A DNA stretch of 64,000 nucleotides, from the NCBI GenBank assembly GCA_038213805.1, contig JBBQSO010000007.1, forward strand, positions 41,932 through 105,931, in the 5' to 3' direction. The notes under the pieces are model-generated. The model ran no database searches. It saw nothing but the letters and a program-made list of their open reading frames with translations, and was not told the origin of the DNA. This document shows positions 27,409 to 35,930 of this stretch, in pieces. The position numbers and the translations under genes are program-made. The stretch comes from Planctomycetota bacterium. Its GTDB lineage: Bacteria > Planctomycetota > UBA11346. Each line of letters begins with the position of its first letter. The first letter of the stretch is position 1.

Positions 27409-30378
27409 TCACGTGCGCGTCCGGCATGATGGCGCTCCCAGCGCTGCGGCGCGACCGGGCGCGCACCTGGGGTCTTTAGCGAGCGCGAGACGCCGTCGCC
27501 GGATGATCCCGCCCGGGGTGAGCAGAGCGGCGAGGATCATCGCGGCGCCGAGCAGGGACCCGCTCCCACAGGGGTGCTTCGCGCCACCAGCGCCGGTCCC
27601 GGACGCGGCAATGGGAGGCAGCGGATCCGGAGCCGAAACCGTCTGCAGGTTGGCGCTGCCGATGATCGCCGGCGCGGGGTCGTCAGCGTTCGTAGACCAC
27701 GCGACCGAGGCGTGGTCCTCGGCGTCGTTGGCGTCGCTCTTCTGCAGCAGTTCAAGCGCATACGCGATCCCAGCGACCAGGACGATCGGCCCTGATCTCT
27801 GCGTGGTCTGGGTGGTCCAGGCGCGGTACGCCGTGCCACTGCCCATCACCTCGGCGATCTTGACCCGGCCCGCGGGATCGGCGGTCGGAGAGAGCCACAG
27901 TTCGCTGCGTCCCCGGGAAGCCACCCAGAAGGTGTAGGTGCCCGAACTGGTCGGCACGACGTTCGCGCGCACCCGGTTCCCCGCCTCCTTTGACCAGTTG
28001 CGACCGATGTCGAGGCTTTCGAGTTCCTGCCGGACCGCCCAATGGTTGGGGAATTCTGGACGGATGTGGCTGCTATCGCCAGTCAGCTGCCAGATCTCGG
28101 TGCCGAAGCTCAGCACCCACCCCTCGCGGCGGGCGGTCCCGGTGCCGAGCGCGCCGTCAGGCCTGGCAACGATCACCTGCCGCGGGAGCACTTCGCGGCC
28201 ATGGTGGTGCACGCCATCGGCAGGCGGGACCCAGGCGAGCGCGAATTGCTGGTTCTTGGGACTCGCACTGCCCGTCGTGCCGTCGGTGCTGTCGGTGGTC
28301 TGAACCAGCTCGAACCAGTAGCGCCGGCCGGCGCTCAGGGTCCGCGGGGCGACCGCCTGGCCAGCGTCCTTGTCCCATTCCCGCGCCAGCGAACCACGGC
28401 CAGCGGTGCTCGCGACCAGGGTGGCGTCGGCCTCCTGATCCGTGGTCGATAGCCGCAGGCGGACCTGCTCGCCACCGGCGATCCAGAACCGGTAGCTGCC
28501 ACTCGCCGGCGGCACGATCCAGCCGCGCGCCACCCGCGCTGAACTGCCGACGACATTTGGTTGGCCTTCGCACACCGGTGGCAGCGCGCGGAAGAGCGGG
28601 GCCTTGCGCACGTAGCGCGCGTCCTTGGCGAGGTTGAGCGCCGCCGCGGTGGCGGGATCGCGGCCGCCAGCGCCCTCGTACCACTCGATGTCGAGCAGGC
28701 CATCGCTCGCCACGGGGACGCGGTCGGGTTCGCTGCAGGTCGAGCCGGCCTCGAGCGTGACGCCACCACGGCCCACCTGATTCTTCCAGGTCGCGAAATC
28801 GGCACCCGCGAACCCCTTGCGGAACAGCGGGCTGTCCTGGTGATAGGTGTTGCCGCTGCACACCAGGGTCGCGATCAGCGGCGGCGCATGGCTGGCGTCA
28901 TCTTCGTGGGCGATCAGCGACTGGAGGTAGCTTTGCGCTACCAGGGTGTTGCCGGTGATGGTCACGTCCTGGGTGCTGGCGACGGTCGCGGACAGGCCGG
29001 TGTCGCGGTCGGTGGTGCTGCCCGTGCGGCTGCCGACGCTGAGGTTGATCGCGCCATCGATGTTGTTGGCGATGGCATTGCCGGTGATGGTGACCTGGCG
29101 GGTGGTGTTGAGGTGGATGCCCCACGAGCCGTTGTCGCGGATGACGCAGTCGCGCACCACGTCGCCTGGCAGGTTGATCTCGAAATACGCGCCGCCGCCC
29201 CAGTTCGCAGCAATCGAGCAACCCTCGACCGTCACATCCTTGCAATAGACGTCGAACCACAGGCCGCGGGCGAGGTTGCCTTCCACGGTGAGGTTCTTGA
29301 ACAATGCATGGTAGAGACCGCCATTCTTGCTGCCCGCATCGATGTCTCCGGATTGGCGTCCCCACAGGCCGCGCCACCAGTTGCGGGCGATGGTGCTGTT
29401 CTCGAAGCGTACGTAGGAAGACCCGCCGAACGAGACCCCGGTGCCGCCGTTGTCCGCCATCGAGCACGCGCGGACCGTCATCCGCTGAACTGCGTTGGTC
29501 GTCAGGCCACTGCCGCCGTTCCAGTCGAAGTGGCAGTTCTCGATCAGGACGTTCTCCACCCAGGGGTGCGATGAGTCGCCGTTGGTGATGTCCACCGCGG
29601 ACCCATAGTTGCCGTCCCACAGGTAACCGGCCGCGCCCTCGAAGCTGATGTTGCGGATCACCAGATTGGAATGACGCCGCAGGCCGAGCAGCTTCTGATG
29701 GGCACCGAACTCGATGACCGCAGCGTTCGGGTCGGTTGCGGTGCGCAGAACGATGGTGTGGGCACCCTCATCGACCGTGAAGCATTCCGGTCCAAGACCA
29801 GCCACGGCGGTGCGCTGTTCGAGCAGGCGGTTCCCGATCATGACGATCTCGCGCCGCGCAGCGATCTGATTGTCCGTGGGCAGCGGGTTGAATGTGGATG
29901 GCCAGCCGACGGTTCCGTAGTGCAACGTCCACGGGTGGGTCCAGGTGCCGTCGCCATTGTCGGTCCAGGCTCCGCCCAGGACCTCGAGTCCGCTGAACAG
30001 GGTGGTGGGGCGTCCGCTGGAATCGGCCTCTCCGGTGATGACCAGCGTTTTCACGGAATCCTGGTTGGTGTTCGATTCGATGTCGCCTTCGCGGTACGTC
30101 CCAGCCTTGATGAGCACCTTGACCCGCTTGGCATCCGGATTGGGGACCTCGGTACCACCTACGAAGATGCGCGGCACGCCCAACGTCCGCGCCACGGCCA
30201 GCCCCTTGGCGATTGTGCGGTACGGACTGGCGGCCGTGCCGGCGCCGGTGGCATCGTCGCCAGTCAGCGCGACGACCACGGTGACGTCGACCGTCTCGTC
30301 GCTGAGCGTGGTTCCCGGCACGTCGGCTGCCGGCAGGCGGGACACCATCAGCAGCGTCACGATGAGGAGAGGTCGCAT
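27409..30378 (-). CDS. Secreted right-handed beta-helix protein with two PA14-like domains and C-terminal sorting tail
   Basis: Signal peptide; GDDATGAGTAASPYRTIAKG (DUF1565-like); PbH1-like repeats (GLWFDVYCKDVTVEG, GIHLNTTRQVTITGN); two PA14-like units (GSYRFWIA, GTYTFWVA); GAGGAKHPCGSG-TM-RRRR. Confidence 0.75.
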   Translation of the reverse strand: MRPLLIVTLLMVSRLPAADVPGTTLSDETVDVTVVVALTGDDATGAGTAASPYRTIAKGLAVARTLGVPRIFVGGTEVPNPDAKRVKVLIKAGTYREGDIESNTNQDSVKTLVITGEADSSGRPTTLFSGLEVLGGAWTDNGDGTWTHPWTLHYGTVGWPSTFNPLPTDNQIAARREIVMIGNRLLEQRTAVAGLGPECFTVDEGAHTIVLRTATDPNAAVIEFGAHQKLLGLRRHSNLVIRNISFEGAAGYLWDGNYGSAVDITNGDSSHPWVENVLIENCHFDWNGGSGLTTNAVQRMTVRACSMADNGGTGVSFGGSSYVRFENSTIARNWWRGLWGRQSGDIDAGSKNGGLYHALFKNLTVEGNLARGLWFDVYCKDVTVEGCSIAANWGGGAYFEINLPGDVVRDCVIRDNGSWGIHLNTTRQVTITGNAIANNIDGAINLSVGSRTGSTTDRDTGLSATVASTQDVTITGNTLVAQSYLQSLIAHEDDASHAPPLIATLVCSGNTYHQDSPLFRKGFAGADFATWKNQVGRGGVTLEAGSTCSEPDRVPVASDGLLDIEWYEGAGGRDPATAAALNLAKDARYVRKAPLFRALPPVCEGQPNVVGSSARVARGWIVPPASGSYRFWIAGGEQVRLRLSTTDQEADATLVASTAGRGSLAREWDKDAGQAVAPRTLSAGRRYWFELVQTTDSTDGTTGSASPKNQQFALAWVPPADGVHHHGREVLPRQVIVARPDGALGTGTARREGWVLSFGTEIWQLTGDSSHIRPEFPNHWAVRQELESLDIGRNWSKEAGNRVRANVVPTSSGTYTFWVASRGRSELWLSPTADPAGRVKIAEVMGSGTAYRAWTTQTTQRSGPIVLVAGIAYALELLQKSDANDAEDHASVAWSTNADDPAPAIIGSANLQTVSAPDPLPPIAASGTGAGGAKHPCGSGSLLGAAMILAALLTPGGIIRRRRLALAKDPRCAPGRAAALGAPSCRTRT

Positions 30379-30613
30379 GGGAACTCCGTGAATGGGGAGC
30401 ATCGGTCGGCTGGTGGACAGGTGGCCGAGACCACCGCTTCGCGGTCCGCGTTCCCCCCGGATGGCATCCAGCGGGACGATCCAGGCGCAGGCGTAGCACC
30501 TTGGGAAAACCATGTCATTTCTGTGCAGGTCCTGGCCAGAATTCGCGGCTGGTGTTTTTCCAGGTCGGCCACTGCAGGCCAAGTCTCGTTTCCTTGATCG
30601 GCGTTCATCCTCG

Positions 30614-30631
30614 TGCTACACCGGTATAGTT
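30614..30631. promoter_or_regulatory. Operator site 2
   Basis: TGCTACACCGGTATAGTT, 15/18; lies between divergent genes. Confidence 0.75.
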
Positions 30632-30689
30632 GATCATCAGCGGCGGCGATCGGCGACCCACCACGCCTATCGCCGCCAAGCTCTGCCTG

Positions 30690-30756
30690 CACATTTCATG
30701 AGCGTATCATACTCGGTGGAGAATCCCGATTTTCAGACAATCCATTAGACGATGGG
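30690..30756 (+). promoter_or_regulatory. Conserved upstream element, copy B
   Basis: CACATTTCatgagCGTATCATACTC-N11-CCGATTTTCAGACAatccaTTAGACGATGGG, ending 15 bp before the ATG at 30772. Confidence 0.6.
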
Positions 30757-30771
30757 CGCTGAAAATCCCAC

Positions 30772-33081
30772 ATGCTCCAAATTCTCGAGGCCTTCGTGCG
30801 CCAGCTCGCGCCCGTCGCCCTCCTCGTCGTCGGACTGGCGCGGCTGTGCGCTGCCGTTGATCCATACCTGGTGACCTGGGACGCCCCCGGCATCGGCCAT
30901 CGCGATTCCATGCCGATCGGCAACGGCGACCTGGGCATGAACCTGTGGACCGAGGCGAGCGGCGATGTCGTGCTGCTGATCGGCAAGACCGACGCATGGA
31001 GCGAGAACGGCCAGCTGCTCAAGCTCGGACGGGTGCGCGTGGCCTTCACTCCCAGCCCCTTCCGCGCGGGCGCGTCATTTCGGCAGGTGCTGCGCACCCG
31101 CGACGGCGTGATCGAAATCCACGGCGACGGGCAGGCCGTGCTGCAGGCGTGGGTCGACGCCGATGCCCCGGTCATCCACGTGCAGCTGGTCGACGCGCGG
31201 CCCCGCGCGGCCCACGTCAGCCTCGAATCGTGGCGCACCGCGCCCCGGCGCCTGGTCGATGTCACCGGCAATGCGGAACTCGCGCAAGGCCTGCGCGAAC
31301 TCCAGGGCTCGCCGGCGGGTGGGCCGACCATCGATCCCGACACCGTGCTGGCGGCGCCGGACAGCCTGATCTGGCTGCACCACAACGCGCGCAGCATCTA
31401 CGGCGACCTGCTGCGTAACCAGCACCTCGAGGCGCTGCAGGGCGCATTTTCCGATCCTCTGCTGCACCGCAACGTCGGCGCGCTGGCGCGTGGGCCCGGG
31501 CTGACCGTCGTGGACGACCACACGCTGACGACTGCGACGCCGCAGGCCGGCCTGCGCCTGGACATCACCGCCTTCGCGAACGTGGCGGAGCGCACCGACG
31601 TCTGGCGCGCCGGCGTGCAGGCGGCCGCCGACCAGGCGGCGGCGCGCGATGCAGCCGCTGCGCGCGCGGCCACGCAGGCGTGGTGGAACCGCTTCTGGGA
31701 ACGCAGCTGGATCCTGGTCGGCGGCGAGGCGCACGCTGCCGAGGTCACCCAGGGCTTCATCATGCAGCGCTGGATGACGGCCTGCGGCGGTCGCGGGCCA
31801 GCGCCGATCAAGTTCAACGGCGGCACCTTCACGGTCGGCCAGGAACCGCCATCCGGCACGCCATACGTCCCGGAGCAAGGCCGGGTGGATCCCGATTTCC
31901 GCGTCTGGGGCAGCAACGTGTGGTTCCAGAACACGCGCCTGATCTATTGGCCGATGATCGCGAACGGCGACCTGGACACCCTGGCGCCGTTCTACGCGAT
32001 GTACAAAGCAGCCCTGCCGCTGGCGACGGCGCGCACCCGCCTGGCCTGGAGGCACGACGGCGCGATCTTTCCCGAGACCATCTTCTTCTTCGGCTTGCCG
32101 TCCAACAACGACTTCGGCTGGGGGAATCCCGGTCCGGAGATGACCAATCCCTACATCGGTCGCCACTTCAACAACGCGCCCGAACTGATGATGATGCTGC
32201 TCGACACCTGGGACCTGCATCATGATGCGGATCTGGCCACAGGCACGCTCCTGCCGCTCGCCGATGCCTTCACGCTGTGGTTCGACCAGCACTGGCCGCG
32301 CGTCGCCGGCAAGCTGCGCTTCGAGCCGTCCGAGGCGCTCGAAACGCGCCAGCACGCCGCAGACCCGCTGCCCGACATCGCCGGCCTGATGCAGGTGCTG
32401 ACGCGCCTGTGCGCGCTGCCCGAGGCGCTGACCACGCCGGCGCAGCGGGCGCGGTGGCACACCATGCTCGCCGACCTGCCACCGCTGCCACGCGGCCTGA
32501 CCGACGCCGCCGGCAAGGTGCCGGTCACGCCCGACCAGGCCTCACCCACCGGCACCCCCATCCTGTGGCCCGCGGCGTCGTTCGATGCGCCGAAGAACAG
32601 CGAAAATCCGGAATTGTACGCCGTCCACCCCTACCGGCTCTTCGGTGTCGGCCTGCCGGAGCTGGAACTCGCCCGCGCCACCTACGAGGCCAAGCGCTTC
32701 GCGGACAGCACCTGCTGGGGCCAGCAGGGCATCCAGGCAGCGTGCCTGGGCTTCGCCGCCCGCGCACAGCGGGAAGCGGTGGCTAATTTCACCGCGTACG
32801 ACAGCCAGCGTTTCCGCTGGTTCTGGAAGTCCGGGGACTGGCAGCCTGACCTGGACAATGGCGGCGCCGGCCAGCTCATCCTGCAGTCGATGCTGATGCA
32901 GGCGCGCGGCGACAGGATCCTGCTCTTCCCGGCGTGGCCGAAAGCGTGGGACGTCGATTTCCGCCTGCACGCCGCGCATGACACGGTGGTCTCCGGCACC
33001 GTGCGCGGCGGCCGCGTGATCGATGTGACGGTCATCCCGGAAAGCCGGCGGAAAGATGTCGTCCAGATGGAGTTGCAGTGA
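30772..33081 (+). CDS. Secreted GH95-like / DUF5703-type (alpha/alpha)6 glycoside hydrolase, copy A
   Basis: DSMPIGNGDLG N-terminus; KFNGG; WFQNTRLIYW; ENPELYAVHPY; QSMLMQ...ILLFPAWPKAWDVDFRLHA. Confidence 0.75.
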   Translation: MLQILEAFVRQLAPVALLVVGLARLCAAVDPYLVTWDAPGIGHRDSMPIGNGDLGMNLWTEASGDVVLLIGKTDAWSENGQLLKLGRVRVAFTPSPFRAGASFRQVLRTRDGVIEIHGDGQAVLQAWVDADAPVIHVQLVDARPRAAHVSLESWRTAPRRLVDVTGNAELAQGLRELQGSPAGGPTIDPDTVLAAPDSLIWLHHNARSIYGDLLRNQHLEALQGAFSDPLLHRNVGALARGPGLTVVDDHTLTTATPQAGLRLDITAFANVAERTDVWRAGVQAAADQAAARDAAAARAATQAWWNRFWERSWILVGGEAHAAEVTQGFIMQRWMTACGGRGPAPIKFNGGTFTVGQEPPSGTPYVPEQGRVDPDFRVWGSNVWFQNTRLIYWPMIANGDLDTLAPFYAMYKAALPLATARTRLAWRHDGAIFPETIFFFGLPSNNDFGWGNPGPEMTNPYIGRHFNNAPELMMMLLDTWDLHHDADLATGTLLPLADAFTLWFDQHWPRVAGKLRFEPSEALETRQHAADPLPDIAGLMQVLTRLCALPEALTTPAQRARWHTMLADLPPLPRGLTDAAGKVPVTPDQASPTGTPILWPAASFDAPKNSENPELYAVHPYRLFGVGLPELELARATYEAKRFADSTCWGQQGIQAACLGFAARAQREAVANFTAYDSQRFRWFWKSGDWQPDLDNGGAGQLILQSMLMQARGDRILLFPAWPKAWDVDFRLHAAHDTVVSGTVRGGRVIDVTVIPESRRKDVVQMELQ

Positions 33082-33351
33082 GCGCACCCTGACCACCGGG
33101 TCCGTCGGTCAGGCTGCGGATGCGGTCGGTGGTCCTGATGTGCGCCCGCCCGCCTTCAGCGACCGCTTGGTCCAATTGCCGATGGATGAGGCAAGTGGCA
33201 AACGCATTGCAAATTGTGCGCGCGAGTATCGACGCGCGCCGACGAGGCGCAGCGACGTGATGACATGCGTGACGGTGCCTGCACCACTGCGTACGGCAAC
33301 GGGCGCACATGGTTGCGGTACTCACGCCGGCCCCGACCTGGGTCCATGCGT

Positions 33352-35751
33352 TCAGGGTCGGGCGGCGCGCACCATGGCGAGGGCGAGGCCGAGGCCGGCT
33401 AGCAGCGCCGCCACGCCCGCACCGAGTCCGCAGCCACCTCCACCTCCACCGCTGCTGCTGCTGCCGCTGCCACCGCCTGCGCCTCCGCCGCTTCCGACTG
33501 GCGCCGGCGCGACGGTGAGAATGGCGCTGGCGCTGAGTGCGGTACCCGCGGCGTTCGAGACTTGGCAGCGCCAACTCGACCCGTCATCCGCGACGCTCGT
33601 CGCGACATCCAACACCGGGCCAGTGGCGCCCGCCACCGTGGCCCAGGTCCCGCTGCCCGCGGCTTGGCGCTGCCACAGCCAGCTCAGCGGCTGCGTGCCG
33701 CTCGCGGCCACATGCATACCCGGCGCCGCCGGGGCGGTAACGCTGGCGGCGGCGGGGTCGGCGGTGATGGCGGGCGCGATGACGGCCAGGGGCGGCGTCG
33801 GCGCGGAGCGGTAGTCGGTGCCCGAGGCCGCGTAATAGGCCGGCGTCGCGGGCGGCGCCGACGCACCGACCAGCACCACGCTGCGGTATGCGGCAACGGC
33901 GACGGTCGATCCGACCGTCGCCCCCGCGAGGTCGTGCCAGGTGCCCGCAGGCACGGCGATGCTGGCGGTGCTCTCGGTGTCATTGAAGAGCAGGATGGGA
34001 TGGCCCAGCACGGCGGTGGCGCTGCCCGCCCACGAGCCGTTGGCCGCCTGCCACGCCGCCGCCGTCTGGCTGGTCCCGCCGTCGGTGCGCGCTGCCAGGC
34101 TGGCGGTCGGCATCACGAAGGTCGACGTCGACATTGCGCCGTAGTCGATCCCAGTCTCATAGCTCAGACCAGTGGCCACCGGGTTCGCCCACGAGGCCAG
34201 GTTCTCGGTCCAGGCCTGGCGTCGGGTGGGACTCACCACGCCCAGCACGTTGCCGCCGAGCGTGTGGTTCTGGCTCGCCGGCTTGCTGGCGTTGCCGCGG
34301 CTTAGGCTGATCCCGCCCAGGCGGTTGTCGATGCAGGTATTGCCGCTGACCGTGCACGAGTAGTTGTTGGGCAGGAAGATGCCGTTGCCGCCGCACCCGT
34401 ACACGGTGTTGTCGAGCAGCTGGGTGTCGTGGAAATCACTGAGGAATTCCGGCCAGATGCCGTGTCCCAGCGGCGTCCACGGGTGCGACGTCTCGAGGTT
34501 CCCCACGCTGTCGAGGACGATGTTCTCGCTGATGTGTGAGAACGAGCAGTTGGCGTAGACCGCGGCGCCGTCGTTCAGCGAGGCCACGCAGCGCACGAAG
34601 ACGTTGCGCGCCACCGTGTGCCCGTCGGACCCCAGGATCACCCCACAGTAGCCGACATCGGTGAAGCGATTGAGCCGAATGGTGAGCGCCTTGGCGCCCA
34701 GCACCACGACGCCGCACGCGTGCCACGCGCCGCTGCCGCCATAGCCGTATTGCATGCCAACGCGTTCGAAGACGTTGCGTTCGATGATGGTGCCGCCGGT
34801 CTTGCTGGAATCCTCGATCCACTGCACGCCGTTGTTGCGGATGTCGCGGAACGTGCAGCCCGTGACGAGGCTGCCATAGGCGTTCCAGGTGCCAGCGATG
34901 GCGTCGGTATCGCATTCGCGGAATTCGCAGGAGCGCACGGTCGTGGGCCCACCCAGGCTGAGCGCGGTCCCTGCGAAACGGCAGAAGGCGATGCTGTCGA
35001 TCGTCCCACCGTTGGCGATGATGCCCTCGGTGGTGGTGGCCACCTCGACCGTCGACGCGCCGGCGGGCACCTGCACGCTGAGGACGCCTGCGCCCCAGAA
35101 CCACTCGCGGTCGCGGTCGAGCTCGGCCAGGACGTTGTCGATGTAGTAGGCGGAACCGATGCCGACCAGGTTGGCGTCAACCTCTGCGGTGCCGCCGATG
35201 GTCAGGTGCGTCGCGTCGACGTCGGTGGTGATGGGGCGCGTCTCCCACCACCAGCTCCAGCGGCGCCAGCGCACCTGACCACCGCCGAATCTGTGGCCGG
35301 CGGTACGCGCACTGAGGCCGGCGTCGACCAGGCTGGTAGCGGTAGTGCCGTCATCGACGGTCAGCCAGCCGCTGTTGGGAAAGCGCGCCAACGGCGCGAA
35401 CGTCCCGTCGATCCACAGCGCGCGCACCGCACTGGCCACGCTGGCGGTCTTGATGGTGCCGCCGCCGGGCGCAACCACGGTGCTGATGGTGACGATCGGC
35501 AGAGCGCCGGTGCCATAGGCGGTCAGGGTGCGGCCGGCCGGCAGCGTGAAGGTGCCGCGGTAGGTGCCGCCGCGCTCGAGCAGCACGCGGTCGCCTGATC
35601 CGGCCTTAACCAGGGCGGCCGCGACCGTCGCCAGCGCGGAGCCCGGCGACGTGCCACTGGCGGCGTCCGAACCGGTCGGTGCGACATGGTAGTCGGCGGC
35701 GTGCAACGAGCCGCCCAGTACCGCGAGGAGGATGGCGTGGCGCAGTTTCAT
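33352..35751 (-). CDS. Secreted right-handed beta-helix protein with Ig-like domain and C-terminal sorting tail
   Basis: MKLRHAILLAVLGGSLHAADYHVAPTGSD; GDRVLLERGG; LARFPN; NDGAAVY PbH1 repeats; Ig domain (WLWQR...WRCQVSN); GGGGGGCGLG-TM-RAAR. Confidence 0.78.
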   Translation of the reverse strand: MKLRHAILLAVLGGSLHAADYHVAPTGSDAASGTSPGSALATVAAALVKAGSGDRVLLERGGTYRGTFTLPAGRTLTAYGTGALPIVTISTVVAPGGGTIKTASVASAVRALWIDGTFAPLARFPNSGWLTVDDGTTATSLVDAGLSARTAGHRFGGGQVRWRRWSWWWETRPITTDVDATHLTIGGTAEVDANLVGIGSAYYIDNVLAELDRDREWFWGAGVLSVQVPAGASTVEVATTTEGIIANGGTIDSIAFCRFAGTALSLGGPTTVRSCEFRECDTDAIAGTWNAYGSLVTGCTFRDIRNNGVQWIEDSSKTGGTIIERNVFERVGMQYGYGGSGAWHACGVVVLGAKALTIRLNRFTDVGYCGVILGSDGHTVARNVFVRCVASLNDGAAVYANCSFSHISENIVLDSVGNLETSHPWTPLGHGIWPEFLSDFHDTQLLDNTVYGCGGNGIFLPNNYSCTVSGNTCIDNRLGGISLSRGNASKPASQNHTLGGNVLGVVSPTRRQAWTENLASWANPVATGLSYETGIDYGAMSTSTFVMPTASLAARTDGGTSQTAAAWQAANGSWAGSATAVLGHPILLFNDTESTASIAVPAGTWHDLAGATVGSTVAVAAYRSVVLVGASAPPATPAYYAASGTDYRSAPTPPLAVIAPAITADPAAASVTAPAAPGMHVAASGTQPLSWLWQRQAAGSGTWATVAGATGPVLDVATSVADDGSSWRCQVSNAAGTALSASAILTVAPAPVGSGGGAGGGSGSSSSGGGGGGCGLGAGVAALLAGLGLALAMVRAARP

Positions 35752-35810
35752 GGCAGTGCTCCTGGTCCGGAAACCAGACCGACAGCGTGGCAGGCACCCA
35801 GGTATATCAC

Positions 35811-35828
35811 AGCTATACCGGTATAGCA
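35811..35828. promoter_or_regulatory. Operator site 3
   Basis: AGCTATACCGGTATAGCA, 17/18, 59 bp upstream of the start at 35751. On the minus strand it spans a possible GTGCTA-N17-TATACC promoter. Confidence 0.85.
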
Positions 35829-35930
35829 CAGTCGAACACTCGCGTGGCGGTAGGCGCATCACCCAGCCGGAGGGCGCAGCTGACGGCGAGTCGAGCCGTG
35901 ACGTCGCTCACATCCAGCTGTCTACGCCTG

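Noticed and set aside
33197..33212. GGCAAACGCATTGCAA, LacI/CcpA-like imperfect palindrome
   Set aside because: Single copy, lies between convergent genes, and does not match the 18-bp consensus.
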